Shown piece after piece: positions 24,936 through 38,130 of a stretch of DNA of 64,000 nucleotides. Positions within the stretch are counted from its first letter, which is position 1. Each line of letters begins with the position of its first letter. The position numbers and the translations under genes are program-made. This stretch comes from Dicyema japonicum (lineage: Eukaryota > Animalia > Dicyemida): the NCBI GenBank assembly GCA_011109175.1, contig RDEW01000021.1, positions 683,295-747,294 of the forward strand, read 5' to 3'. Under the pieces are notes generated by a model. It did not search any database. It was given only the letters and a program-made list of their open reading frames with translations, and had not been told where the DNA came from.

Positions 24936-25204
24936 AACATAGAGGTTTATTTGTTTAGAAGATAACTGATATAGCTTTGGTTCACTCTTGGATAGCACCC
25001 TTAATGTCTTCATCGAATTGGATATTATTGCCTCTTTTCATTTTAATGGACACTAGATAGGAAACGCGATGTTTCGAGGCAAAAAAGCATCATATACTCC
25101 AACGTCTGGATTCGAATCCAATCTTGCTAATAATTGGATGAACTTGGACAAGTCTGCCTTGAAGAGGAACGTGTTATTAATCTTTAGTAGAACGTAGAAT
25201 CTTT

Positions 25205-25395
25205 TTAGATGTGAGTAGAAATTCACAGAAAAACCTCTTGTCTGAGACGTCACCTGCACGTACACGTTTGCTCTGGTGCCTGTCTTGCAACTGGGAAGGC
25301 CGAGAGGCTGAAAAGAGCAAAGTACGTAGTTTATTTCACTCGCCGTTGAGACATCTGGTTCCCTTACGCCTGGGACGCTGGAATTCTTGAGTCGT
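25205..25395 (+). mobile_element. CRE-clade RLE endonuclease fragment
   Basis: KPLV*DVTCTYTFA, AERLKRAKY, SLAVETSGSLTPGTLEFL parallel the C-terminus of the 49200-51720 element. Confidence 0.6.
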
Positions 25396-25499
25396 TAATT
25401 TTCACAAGATTTCACAGTTCTTTATGATTTCAATTAAAAATGTATGAATAGTCTCGGAATGTTTACAAGATTAAAAGTGATCCATAAAAGACAACATAC

Positions 25500-26570
25500 A
25501 TTCACTTTGTAGTATTGGGAAGAACACTAATTATCCTGATAAAGAATTTAACAATAAGATTATATGAATACATATTTGTGCTGAGAGGAGGGGTGACTTA
25601 TTTAAGGGAGAAGAGGAAGATCAATCGCAGTCCTCGAATCATTTCATTGTCCCAAGATCAACAGGGTTAATGAAGAAAATCCTCAGCTAACAAAGTAATC
25701 ACAGGGGAGGCTGAATTCATTGTTCCACTCAACACTGCTGTCACTCATTTTCCACATGTCTCAAGAAAGAGCGGATTAAATGAGACTCCCAGAAAATACT
25801 ATAACATTATCCAATAGGAAAAAGTCCTCTCAGGCCTATTGAGATCAGCACTTCAGAATTGCTCGTCTACAGTGTAAACGTAGTCCATCTCTCGATGGAA
25901 AAAAAAGTTCTAGATCTCTTTGCTTTGGCCACCAGAACTCGACTTGTAGGCGGGGGATATCTGGTGGCGACCTATGTTAAGAGCCCACTTGGTCGGCAGC
26001 ATCCACAAGCTAGCAAGGTTGGAGAAATCGTAATTCTNTTGTAGTATTGGGAAGAACACTAATTATCCTGATAAAGAATTTAACAATAAGATTATATGAA
26101 TACATCTTTGTGCTGAGAGGAGGGGTGACTTATTTGAGTGAGAAGAGGAAGATCAATCGCAGTCCTCGAATCATTTCATTGTTTCAAGATCAACAGGGTT
26201 AATGAAGAAAATCCTCAGCTAACAAAGTAATCACAGGGGAGGCTGAATTCATTGTTCCACTCAACACTGCTGTCACTCATTTTCCACATGTCTCAAGAAA
26301 GAGCGGGTTAAATAAGACTCCCAGAAAATACTATAACATTATCCAATAGGAAAAAGTCCTCTCAGGCCTATTGAGATCAGCACTTCAGAATTGCTCGTCT
26401 ACAGTGTAAACGTAGTCCATCTCTGGATGGAAAAAAAAGTTTAGATCTCTTTGCTTTGGCCACCAGAACTCGACTTGTAGGCGGGGGATATCTGGTGGCG
26501 ACCTATGTTGCCCACTTGGTCGGCAGCATCCACAAGCTAGCAAGGTTGGAGAAATCGTAATTCTATTTAT
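25500..26570 (+). mobile_element. Highly decayed RT-like remnant, ~530 bp duplicated across n 26038
   Basis: Weak RPIEIS / HQ..RRG.S.GD / SK.GE.V echoes of the RT N-terminus; the duplication itself is directly visible. Confidence 0.35.
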
Positions 26571-26616
26571 CAAATAATTATATGTTAATTAAAATAATAA
26601 ATTGTATCCTAGCAAC

Positions 26617-27065
26617 ATGTCAGTAGAAGAAGCCGACGAGTATATAAAGGAATACAAAATAAAGGAACTATTCTACGAGATTATAAGTCAGATTATTGTG
26701 GAGAAACCCGGTAAATTTGATTTGATAATGATAGTTGACTTGGTAAACTACGTAAAGTCATATTTAATGAAATTGAAAGATTTTGTTGCAAAACCAAACC
26801 AATTTACTGTATTTTTTACGGAAACTAACATCGAAGCAATGTTCAGAATGCTGGACCACGAAAGGAAAGGGTGGATAAACAAAAACCAGTATTTTGAAGG
26901 TTTTCCTTTATTATATCCGAAGCTCTGCAAACCATCGGAATATGCGGAGAGAATGAATCCTGTGATAGGGACAAAATTTACTTTGAGACATTCAAAGAGC
27001 GCATGTATGGCCTTATTATTATTTATAGAAAAAATAAAATTCAAGAAAAGTTACAATTTTATTAA
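26617..27065 (+). CDS. EFCAB10: EF-hand calcium-binding domain protein 10
   Basis: Three introns of 23-24 nt give MSVEEADEYIKEYKIKELF..FFTETNIEAMFRMLDHERKGWINKNQYFEALQTIGI..KIYFETFKER, matching EFCAB10 AAEYLEKHQIKE..FMDNSNIVAMFEMMDSSGRGTISFVQYKEALKTLGL. Confidence 0.85.
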
Positions 27066-28169
27066 ATTTAAATTAATAAATAAAAAGTTTATTACTTTAT
27101 TAAAATTAAAACTAATACAGTAAAGTCTTTTTAATTGGCCAATTTATTGCTAAAAGTGTTCAAAAAAGCCAATTTTCCTAAGAAAATTGCCAATTCTCAA
27201 ATTGGCTACACATTATTAAAAAACAAAAAAACTTGTTTTTTTCAACTATTTTATTAAAAAATTAAAATTTCAAACTAAAATTTTTACCATGTGTTCGAAA
27301 GCTTCTCGTTGCAATTATACAAGGCTTAATTGTTTCCAAAAACTCGAAATTGTGAGATATAAAGACGAGAATAATACTACATTGTGCCAAACAATCGCTC
27401 ACAATTTTTGATTATTTAATATTCGAATTTCAAGAAAAACAGTAAATAATATTTTTTATTCCCAAAAGTCCATATTAAAAACATCTAAAAATTATATCCC
27501 CTCATCTAAAAATTTAGTTTACGAATCTTGTAAAAAGTTAAATTTGAAAGACGCGGTTTTTTCTTACGGCTGGCATGGGAAGATCTATCAATTGAAACAA
27601 TTAAAAATTGTTGATTGATCTTTGAACTTTAAAGTCAATCAACGTCATCAAATGACATTCGATAAGATGCGGATTAATAATGTTATCATCGTTATTTAAA
27701 TACATTTTTTTAACAAAGAGAAATTTATTTAGCCAAAACATAACAAACAGTTAACAACAACTGGCTGCTCTCATAATTGAAAACACATCTCCACTGTCGA
27801 TTTGCAAGGAAATGCGCTCAATGATCAGCTCCGTTCTCTTAGATCATTTAAATTGCGTAAAAAAGAAATCGAGATCATTCCAAATGATTAAGAAAATATA
27901 TCGAAATTTTAATGAAAATTGGTATGTGGACCCTCTGGACAGAAATAATCCTTGAGATTCAATACTTCAAATTGGCCACAAATAGTTCATGAACAATTTT
28001 GGGCCAAATTCTAAATTTCGTTGAGAAGACGTAACATTAGGAAGTATAATTTTTAAATTTTGCGTGCGTTATGTGGTTCACCGTTTCTGATAGCGTCGGA
28101 TATAGTCCTAAACTATATCTAAAAAAGCCATTTGCTCTCTACCAAACAGAGGACTTCCTACTGGACGGC

Positions 28170-31165
28170 AATCTCTCGCTGTTGGAACATTCTATCGATT
28201 GAGACTGTTGACCTCAGGAGACGTGGAACAAAATCCAGGCACAAAGAAGTTAACAATCCAAAGCTTAAACATAAACGTTATCAGAGGAAAGATTGCCGAA
28301 CTTTCCTTATTCTTGGAGAGGAACAGAGTGGACATCTGCCTTCGTTAAGAAACGAAGATTTCAAATAACATTCCTACTACTCTCTTTAACGGATACAACA
28401 CAGTAAGATCCGACCGCCTATCTGGCCAAGGAGGGGGTCTACTGACTCTTTTGAGAAAAAGAATAAAATACCTTGAGAACCCTTCTCCTTACAAGAGCCT
28501 GATCGAAGACTCGAACACGGAGCTAATTGGAATTTCTATTATAACTTTCATTGGAATAATTGAAATTGCGAATGTCTATGTTCCTCCTCCGGGCTCCTGC
28601 AAGAAAAATTTCTGCTTTGACATATCGACCTTGGACAAACTGGAGAACTTGCTTTTATGTGGAAACCTGAATGCGAAGACAACCTTCTTGATTCCGCTAC
28701 CAGGTCTTTGATAACAGAGGAAACCTGCTATTATCTCAAATGCAAAACTTAATAATCATCAACAACCCGAAAAAGAACACTAGGACACCATACAACACGA
28801 AGGACATGTTGACATCTCCGGACTTATCAATCTGCTCGTCTCGTTTTTCCACGATCACTCCGGTTATGATCTCCGGAGTGACCACCATCCAATAATAATG
28901 AAGCTGAACTGCGAGCCACGTTTTGTAGCAAGACTTAGTCATTTCTATGACTACAAAAATGCAAATTGGACTGGCTTTACAAATTTTGTTGATTCAAAAT
29001 TGCAGAATTTCCACCTTTAAAATTTATTCTCCATAGACGGAGCTGTGCATTATTTTAGCAAAACAATCATTGACGGGAGAAAAATTTTTGTCAGAAGAGC
29101 ATATATAAAAAACGAAAAATTAAAATACGACTCAAAAACAAAGAAAATGATTATGGAAAGAAACACCCTTAAGAGAATGACACATCGATCACGAGAGGTC
29201 ATTAATCGAATAAGGTGACCAAACACTCTGATCACGAAAAACACGAACAACATCCGAAGGAAGAAACTTATGCGAATCTCTGTTGCATGAATAATCAGGC
29301 CTCAATTTCCAACATGTGGAAGATGTTGAGGCGTCTGAAGAACCCAGAATACGAAGATAACAAAATACAATGCCAGCTCAATCTGAATAAATTTATGAAA
29401 CATTGTATCCGAATCAGTCACATTTCTTATAAAAAGATTAACACACAACCGAAAATAAAGAGAAAGCCATCCAAAATGGCCCCGCTGATTTATTTTCTTC
29501 CTAAAGATGTATCCAAAGCAATATCAAACCAGAAAAAACAAACTCATGTGGCCCAGACGGAATTCCTCTTATTCTGCTGAAACATTTGGGCCCAGCATCA
29601 ATCCAAAATGGCCCCTCTGACATATTTTCTTCCTAAAGATGTATCCAAAGCAATATCAAACCAGAAAAAACAAACTCATGTGGCCCAGACGGAATTCCTC
29701 TTATTCTGCTTAAACATTTGGGCCCAGCATCAATAAATGTATTGATAATCATCTACAACACATCGCTAAACACAAATACCATACTGACTTATGGAAACTA
29801 TCAAAAATTCGTCCAATATTGAAACTGGGAAGACCGAAGAACGATCCCGGCTCTTACAGACCAGTCTCCCTTATATGTGTTTTGTCGAGAATCCTGGAGA
29901 AACTGGTCCTAAAAGTTATTCGCCCTTCCCTCCCACAACCTACATTCCAACATGGCTTCAAGGAAGGATTATCAACAACCTTTTTCCTAACGACATTAAT
30001 GAAGTTCATAACTGAAGGACACAAGAACAAGCCAAAACAGAGAAAATCGGTCATATGTACAATCGACATTCAAAAAGCATTCGACTCTGTCACAAGGAAG
30101 ATCCTCATACAAAAATTATTTTTGACAAAAATTGCTGCATCACTAAAGTTATGGATAGCAAATTTCTTAAGTGGACGCCGAGGGAAAATGTGCGCCGGAA
30201 ACAAGAGTTCCAGATCGAGATTGTTACCCAATGATGTACCCCAGGAATCTCTTTTGTCGCCAATCCTCCTTAATTTGTTTCTGAATGATCTCCCCGTTCC
30301 TATGAATAATAATGACACGCCGAGGGAAAATGTGCGCCGGAAACAAGAGTTCCAGATCGAGATTGTTACCCAATGGTGTACCTCAGGAATCTCCTTTGTC
30401 ACCAATCCTCCTTAATTTGTTTCTGAATGATCTCCCCGTTCCTATGAATAATAATGACATGCTACTTTCCTATGCCGATGACATAGTTGTCGCATCTATG
30501 GACGTATATATCGAACATGCTAAAGAAAGACTACAAGGGATACTAAATAACATATTTGGATAGTTGTGCGAAAATCGATTAAATGCATGTTCCGGAAAGT
30601 CAGCAGTCACTCTATTCACTAAGAATAGAAAAATGGGAACGCAAACAAATGATGTCACGTTCAGGAGTGCCTATACCACAAAAGAAATCGCAGAAGATAC
30701 TGGGAGTAACTTTTGATACTTTCCTCTGCTTCTCAGCCCATGTGGAATCCATCATATCAACTTGTGCAAAAATGATCAATTTTGTAAAGGCCTTCCTTTG
30801 GAACTGTGGAGGAATTTATCCGCCAGGTATCGGGACTCTCTACAAGCAGTATATCGAGCCAACAATTGGCTATGCATGTGCTGCGTGGGAATCTAACCTG
30901 GCGGCAACGAACCTAATAAAAATTCAAAAAATCCAGTCAAAAGTAATCATTTTAGTGGAATAATATACAGATAAAGAAATTGCCCCCAGAACACTCGAGT
31001 CTATCATAGAGGTAACTGGAGGCAATTTCAGAAGAGTCCGTATAGAAAATGTGTGGGATCACGGTCGGAGCATCGAGAAAAGATCAGATTATTGAGAGAT
31101 GCCGGGATCACTTGAATATTAGTTAGTGGTTAAGACGGTGTTTCTTTGGATTAAATAATAATAAT
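28170..31165 (+). mobile_element. Near-complete ORF2 of a Jockey/I-like LINE (APE + RT), degenerate
   Basis: APE: WNI, ANVYVPP, CGNLNAK, GSDHHPI, KNANWTGF. RT: SYRPVSLI, QHGFKEGLST, DIQKAFDSV, GVPQESPLSP, YADDIV, KILGVTFD, LYKQYIEPTIGYACAAW. Terminus LLRDAGIT* plus (TAA)n. Many stops and frameshifts; duplications at 29469/29601 and 30175/30317. Confidence 0.93.
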
Positions 31166-31169
31166 AGAA

Positions 31170-32760
31170 TATATACGAAACATATATTCAGAGATTTAGT
31201 AATGGAGAAGGTAAGGGAGAAGAACAGACTGGCGGCAGCCAAGTACAGATAGAAGATAAGGTCTAAGATTGGGGAACTAGAACATGTATTAGTGTGACTT
31301 ATATTAGGAATTGAACAGTAAAAGGGTGGTTTTTTACAACAAAAAAAACTGAAGGATGTTGCGTTTAAACAGTTTGTAAATAATATTCTTGAGGAGAAAG
31401 AGGTGATTCCAATTGGCCATGAGATGATCAGTTCAATGTCGTACCATGAGTTTGTGTATTACATTAGAACTTTTTTTGACAATGTTTCATGCCTGCCTTA
31501 ACCAGTTTTCAAGGTCAATGTCTTTTCTGGGTTAATGTGGTTAAAGTTTGGAACTGCAGTGTCTGCATGGGAACTGGTTGGAAAACCCAGAGGACCATTC
31601 CAAACGAGCACGTTGAACCAAACGAGCCTCTAGACTTCAATAATATGGACNCATGAGTTTGTGTATTACATTAGAACTTTTTTTGACAATGTTTCATGCC
31701 TGCCTTAACCAGTTTTCAAGGTCAATGTCTTTTCTGGGTTAATATGGTTAAAGTAGGATTAAAATTTATTTTGAAATTTATTTTAAAAAGAAGAATCATT
31801 TGAAGGGGATACCTGGCTGTCAGGTGATCTCAGCCTTTTTTTGCAACCATCTCACCTTTGTTCAGTATTCGTCCAGAGATCCGAAAGACCTTTTATGATG
31901 TCTTTTCGATTGTGGTATAGTGTAGTCTACATGTTTTCAAAACGAGGGTTTGAATCAGAATGTTTGACTCCAAATATTTGTTTTTTTTAAGGATAATGAT
32001 GTGCAGAGTTGGTCAGTTTTTTTAAATAGTGAATGTCTTCTCTGTGCTTGTAGATATCAAGTTTTTCTGTATCATAGGTGGTGGATAAAATTTTGCATGT
32101 CAATCTATTTGTTGTATTGCCCCAGGGTCACTAAGTTAAAAAAGCGTGTCCTCAGCTAACTAAGTGCTCTCAAACCTACAAAAGGAAGGCTGAACCTGTC
32201 CTTGTATTGCTCTTCTCATTTGATGATTGGGTTCCCTCAGGAGGCATGAACTGTAAATTATGTCTGATGACTTTATTGGTGGTTCTTTGATGGTGGATAA
32301 CTTGTGTAGGAAAATTGGAAAACTGCCATTGACCATGAGATGCCTGGGTATATGAGTATTGACCTGATAAACTGGAGGTAAATGGTGATGAGGCATCCAG
32401 GGTTGCTTCCAAGAATTTTTGAGATGATTTTTTTTAAATTGTTTGTTTCTTCAGCGCTGCTGTCACCATGTCTTGGCCAAATATGGCTCCAAGAATGACT
32501 GTAGTAGTATGTAGGACTGTTGTAGTGGTTTTGCATGTAGGTTTGCTAAGGAATTAATCGTAATTGTGCAACCCACGGAATCAGGATGTTCAGCATTTTC
32601 TGTATGATTCACGTGACGGTTAAATAGTCTCTATCTATTCCAGTGACAGCGAATTGTTAAAATATAACAACAGAGGTCAGTTTTTGCAGGGAAGTTGTAG
32701 AATCTCATGTATAGGTTAAAGATTGTCGGCGAAAGTAGATAACCTTGAGGAACTCAATTG
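31170..32760 (-). mobile_element. Degenerate LINE 3' half, tail-to-tail with the preceding element
   Basis: ORF 32273..32536 KILGSNPGCLITIYLQFIRSILIY (post-RT thumb region); ends in the TA-rich junction near 31150-31175. Confidence 0.55.
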
Positions 32761-34799
32761 GATAGAAGCATCGAGTCAAAAGCAACAGTTTTAGTCGACG
32801 TTGGTAAGTTGACTTGACTACTTTATGACTTAACATTCAATATTTGCGTTAAATGACACACTCTCCTGCCGAAGGAATGCTGGAAGGAGCACGAGGCACA
32901 AGGCGATGAATGAAGTAATTGCGGGAGGGTTTTAAACCGTATCCTATACAGCTGGAGCCCCCGTCCAGACACATCGAACAAGGGTCCAGATTCGACGACT
33001 TTTCTCTCGAGGAAGGGTGGGAAATACGGGTGATAAAGGGGATCCATGTAGTTTGTTCGATGGTACTATTCGACTTCAGTGAGAAACGAAACCATCAAAG
33101 AAATACGTAACTTTAGAATAGCAATTCGTCTTCAGAAAACTTCGGGGATCATGGGACTCAAATAGTTCCCTTCCTAAGAGCCATCTGATCGTTGGTTGCA
33201 AAAAAAGAAGGACAGTCGAAAGAGGAATGGTGATTGAGCCTATTTCCATACAAATCATAAGAGAAAAGGCGGTCTCAAGTTTGAATAAGCAGCCTCTTCT
33301 ATTGTCCACATCAGATACATTTGGTGGATCTCTACACTTGTTACTTTTCTCTTGACCCACCGATTTCTTACAATTGAAAAAAACTTGAGGTAAAAAAATA
33401 TACAAAGCACACCCACGAGACACTGCAAGAGGTAAACCGCAATGCCATAGTAATCACAAAAATGATCTTTTTTACAATAACAAGTCGGCCAAACGGCCAG
33501 AATTTCTCATTCTCTTATACTAAGAAGTCATCAGGATAACGGAAATTGCCTCCCCAAGCTGGACCCAATGCATGTTACTCATTCTCCTACTAATCTATAA
33601 CAGGTGAAAACTAAAATTTGATATCTATAATGGGTTGTTTAAAATCGACCCCTGTCTACAATGGGAGATGAAGATCTGCATAATATCTCCGACAATCATT
33701 TGACCTTAACCACTAAACCTTTCCATTAATCAAATCAACTGACCGTAAGATCCTTACTAATCTCTGAACAGCGGTATTAAAAATCTCTTCTCCGCCAAAA
33801 AACAGAACCTGACCTAAAATATTAACGACTTCATGTCCATCTGTGCCATACGCTGCCCTGCTGACAACTAGTTGGGCGCTGACCTCCTGAGTGAATATGG
33901 AAGATTTCTGGAAACAATCTGACTTGGTAAGTCACCCCTTGTTTCAGGAAAGTTTCAACTACCACTTCACCCTTTCAATTTTTTATTCGTTCAAATAAAT
34001 CCTCATTGTCATCCAGACCAAGTCCTCAGTTCTAATAGGCGGTTAAATGAAGGGATGAATTCCCCTTCTGATGTTCTAAGTTATGTTTTTATTCAGTGAG
34101 AAATCTTATTACAGCGGATACATGCTCTTATCAATAAATGTAACTTGTTGACATGTATACAAAATTTAAACTCTTGAGTCAACTAGACAGAGTGAGTCTT
34201 TGATGTTAATTACAGTTTCATGCATAATTGCTGTTAACTACCCTGATAATCGAGTAGTCATATCATTGACATCATCGAGTTTTGATTTCCGAAGGCAGTT
34301 GATAACTTTGTCACTATCCAGAGATTAACAATTCCATGGAAACACAATCAGCTACAATAGTCTTTCCAGAACATTTGAAAAAAAGCCTAGATGGAGTCTC
34401 AATTTTCCAGATCTCTGAGAAACAAAACGGGTTACTTGTCTTATTATGGTCCGCCTTCGATCTCTAGTAGCATCCGCTTTTGGTTGATACTTTTATGTTA
34501 CTCACCAGTTTAGTTTATTTGAAAAGACGGGTGAACTGAAGAGCTTAAAAAAGAGACATGGGAAGTCACACAAACAACGTGGCGTCGGATATCATACGTC
34601 ATGGATTCGAATACGCCCGAACCAAAACCTGGAGGAAATTTGACTAATAGTGTCCCTTAAGGCTATACGGAAGAATTGTTAGTTACTAATTCTATAATGT
34701 TCAAACAACATAAATAATGTATGATGTATGGAAATTGATTTTTTGTAAAACATAAACAATCAATGCGAAAATCCACAAGTTAGATTAATCATGGAAGGT

Positions 34800-35030
34800 G
34801 CTAGGGGAGGAAACGTAGAGTCCCTGCAATCATAAAAACCCCTACAATTGAGTGGGGGAATTTAAATGATCTTTTTTGTGCCAACCTAGCATTGGACGCC
34901 ACTTGAGACAGGAAAATCACATGACGCCACTCTAGTAAAACAAAGGAAAGAAGGAACAGAAAAAGGGAGGAAAAACCTTCAGCTAAGCGAACCAACAAAT
35001 AATCGTTAGTGACATCACATTCTAACAATT
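34800..35030 (-). mobile_element. Diverged partial copy of the ~320 bp SINE-like element
   Basis: Shares gagtggggga..atgatc.tttt.gtgcc..agacagg..atcacatgacgccactcta with 39593-39918 and 56701-57027. Confidence 0.6.
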
Positions 35031-35250
35031 ATCTGGAAGAAGATTATTATTAAAACACAAGATATAGTAATATCAAAATAAATTAATAAACAAATTACAT
35101 ATAAATTAAAAATAAAGTTTTAGTTTGTTTCTCACCTTTGTTGTTGTTTGTTGTTCTTTTCTTAAGTACAAAATGTATGGAAATAACGGTAATCTTACCA
35201 AAATGTAGTTATTTAATTTACTCAGTCTTAATAATACAACCAATAATGAC

Positions 35251-36239
35251 ATGAAACCTCCTCTTTACGACAACGAACTGATTGTGTGTAACCTCGACCT
35301 CGCCATAACTGCAGACTACCTTCTCTCACTCTTTGGCTCTGTTTCCGCGGTAATTCTGTTATTTCAACGACAGGTCATTGGCTGCAAACTTATGATCGAC
35401 CAGGCAACTCGGGGTTCCCTGGGCTATGGATTCATCAAAAATTCCACAAAGGAAGAGTGTCAGAAGGCCATAGACTTACTGGACGGCAGAATTATCAACG
35501 AAAAGGCCATCAAGGTTGTATGAATACCTTGATTCAGGTTACTTTCTCTATGGAATCTGGTGAAAAAACGGAGACCGTGAACCTGTACATACAGAATCTG
35601 CCCCCTTCATTTCAAGAGCACGACCTTCGATCACTTTTCGAGGCATTTGGGCCAGTCTATTCCCTCCGACTTTTAACTGACAACCATTTGATGTCAAAGT
35701 GCACGGGAATGGTCAAATTCCGTCACAAAGTGTGTGCTGATGCGGCTATTAATGTATTAAACTACAAACAGATCCTCCCGGGGACCGACAAATTCTTGAT
35801 TGTGAAATATGCTAGACAGAACTCCAAAATTACTGAGAAGCCGAGGAACCCTCAGTATTCTCAACTAACTCCCATTGTATACAGTCAGAATTGTTATCCT
35901 CCACCTCCTCCCTCGAACAACCCCCACTCTTACCACAGATTCAATCCAATGGGGCAGTCAGTGAGGCCTCCAGTCTCCCACTACTGCGTGTATGTTTCCA
36001 ATTTGCAGCCTGGATCAGATAACCTCCACCTTTACCAATTGTTTTCAAGGTACGGAGCTATTGCCTATGTGAATTCTCTACCTGGTAATGGGGGTAATGG
36101 TTGCATTGGATTCGTCAACTTTGTGAAATATGAGGAAGCATGTGCAGCCATTAATGCTCTAAACAAGTCAACGACAGGATCAGCGGTGGGAAAGAGTTTA
36201 AATGTGTCATTTAAGAATGATCGACGTACAATCAAGTAA
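35251..36239 (+). CDS. elav: ELAV/Hu-like RNA-binding protein (3 RRMs)
   Basis: RRM1 SLGYGFIK, RRM2 NLYIQNLP..PGTDKFLIVKYA, hinge HRFNPM (ELAV RFSPM), RRM3 CVYVSNL..LYQLFSRYGAI..GFVNFVKYEEACAAINALN..LNVSFK; two ~23-24 nt introns in RRM1. Confidence 0.88.
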
Positions 36240-37049
36240 TGTTTTTTGTATAATGATGGTCACTTAGTAATAAAGTTATACCATAATATATTTTATTATT
36301 AGTTTTGCTATTTGTCATTACATTGTCTATCTTTGAAATAAGTTATGCTATTATATTTACAATTTTGGTACACTTTTGGATATTGGCTCTCATTATGCCT
36401 TCTTCATTAACTACTTTAATATTTAATATTACGGATGACATGGACTTTCGCCATTACTTTCGTTATTTTTACTACTTTGGATATTTAATATTTATTTATT
36501 CTGGTTTTAATTATATAGGATTGGAACAGTTAGACGTCTGATAAATTGGTCGGTCTGTGATGTACCTCTATTTCACAAGTGTTTGCATCGTTTTATGGTG
36601 GATCAACTCCACTGTTTTCTTCCCTACTTTGGGGAAATTGGAAATCTGGTGGTTTGAAGCATCCGATACGTCGTGGTATTTTCTGGTCAAAAGTGTGGAA
36701 TCAGGAAGCTGTTGTTAATAGGATTGGACTCCCTTTTTACTCAATTTTGGAGGAAGTTTTACATAATCATCCTTAAATATCATGCACAGTCCAATGGAGA
36801 ATGGTGGACGATAGTCTTTGGTGTACAATGTTGACATTAGAGAACAAATCCATATTGGTTTTCAATGTTATTGTCATTTTTATCACTTTCAAAGACAATC
36901 ACTCGTCTTTTGAAATTTTTATTGTCCATTTATGTGATTAGAAGATGACATTCTCTATTCTGCTGTAAGGTACAAATTATTACTTTTTTTTGTACTTATG
37001 GTGTTTAATTTGTAATTCCTATTGAAAATCCATCAACAACGATTTTCAC

Positions 37050-37330
37050 TACAGACCGTCGTCAATTCAACTTGGAACCAACTTTATTTGTGAACAATGC
37101 TTTCTTTCCAGTGGTTAAAAACCCTAAAATACTTGGTGTATATTTGATACCTTCTTGTCATTTTCAAAACATGTCTCATATGTATGCGAAAATTTTAATG
37201 AATACGGGCCATGGAGATTACGTCATTTGGCCATAATAAAGAAAACTTGACCATTATCTATGGACAATTTATCATAACAACATGAACTATGTTGTCACTG
37301 CCTGGTCCCTGTTCATCAATAACAAACTGG
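37050..37330 (+). mobile_element. Jockey/I-like LINE fragment (post-RT region)
   Basis: NPKILGVY..MNYVVTAW parallels 30690-30900. Confidence 0.5.
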
Positions 37331-37334
37331 AGGC

Positions 37335-38130
37335 AGCAACATCAATAATTTGCGCTATGCTGACAATACAACCATATTGGCTGAAACAGAGGATGGCCTC
37401 AGGGAGTTGATTAAAGATTCAGAGAAGAGAGCGCCGGTTTTGGTTTATTACGAAATGTCAAGAAGACCGAAATTATGACGACTGCTAATAATGGAACTAA
37501 AAATTGGGAATGAGAAAATAGAGTTGCGATAATGCTGTCTTTCTGGGATGTCTAATTAATTGGAATGGTGACGGAGGCTTTGAAATCAAGAGGCGAAATG
37601 TCATGGGCCTTTTTGAGAATGAATAGAATTTGGGAAAGCAAAGATATTTTCTTAAGGACCAAATGCAGACTGGTTAATGCAATCGTGTTCCCGGTTTTTC
37701 TATACGGCGCAGAATCATGGATACTGAAAAAGGCGGATAGACGAAAAATTGATGCTTTTGAACTTTAATGCTGGAGGAGGTTACTAAGAATCTCTTGGAC
37801 TTTCAAAATAACAAACACCGATGTACTCAAACGGGTGGAGACGGACATTTCGCTAGAAGGAAGAATTGTAAAACACAGATTGGCGTTCTTTGGGCATGTT
37901 GTCCGCTCTGATTCACTGGAAAGAACCATTATGCTGAGCAATATTACTGGGAAGAGAAGACCTGGTCGACCGAGGACTCGGTGGCTATCCACGGTAGAAG
38001 ACGTCACGGGAATGCCTATACTCCAAATTGCGACGAATCTGGGAGAGTGGAGAAAATTGGCTCATGAGATCTCCAAGGGGCGGACACGACATAATTTGGA
38101 TAACATAACATCAGTACATAATTAAACAAA
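37335..38130 (+). mobile_element. RTE (BovB-like) retrotransposon 3' fragment
   Basis: INNLRYADNTTILAETE, TKCRLVNAIVFPVFLYGAESWILKKADRRKIDAFEL*CWRRLLRISWT, RLAFFGHVVR, GKRRPGRPRTRW. Confidence 0.92.

Noticed and set aside
25053-25265. 70-aa minus ORF as a host gene
   Set aside because: It overlaps a CRE fragment on the plus strand and has no recognisable domain or splice model.
36305-36776. Hydrophobic ORFs resembling a membrane protein
   Set aside because: F/I/L/Y richness follows from T-rich composition, no ATG or consistent splice model was found, and weak RT-like words (DYRP) lie on the opposite strand.
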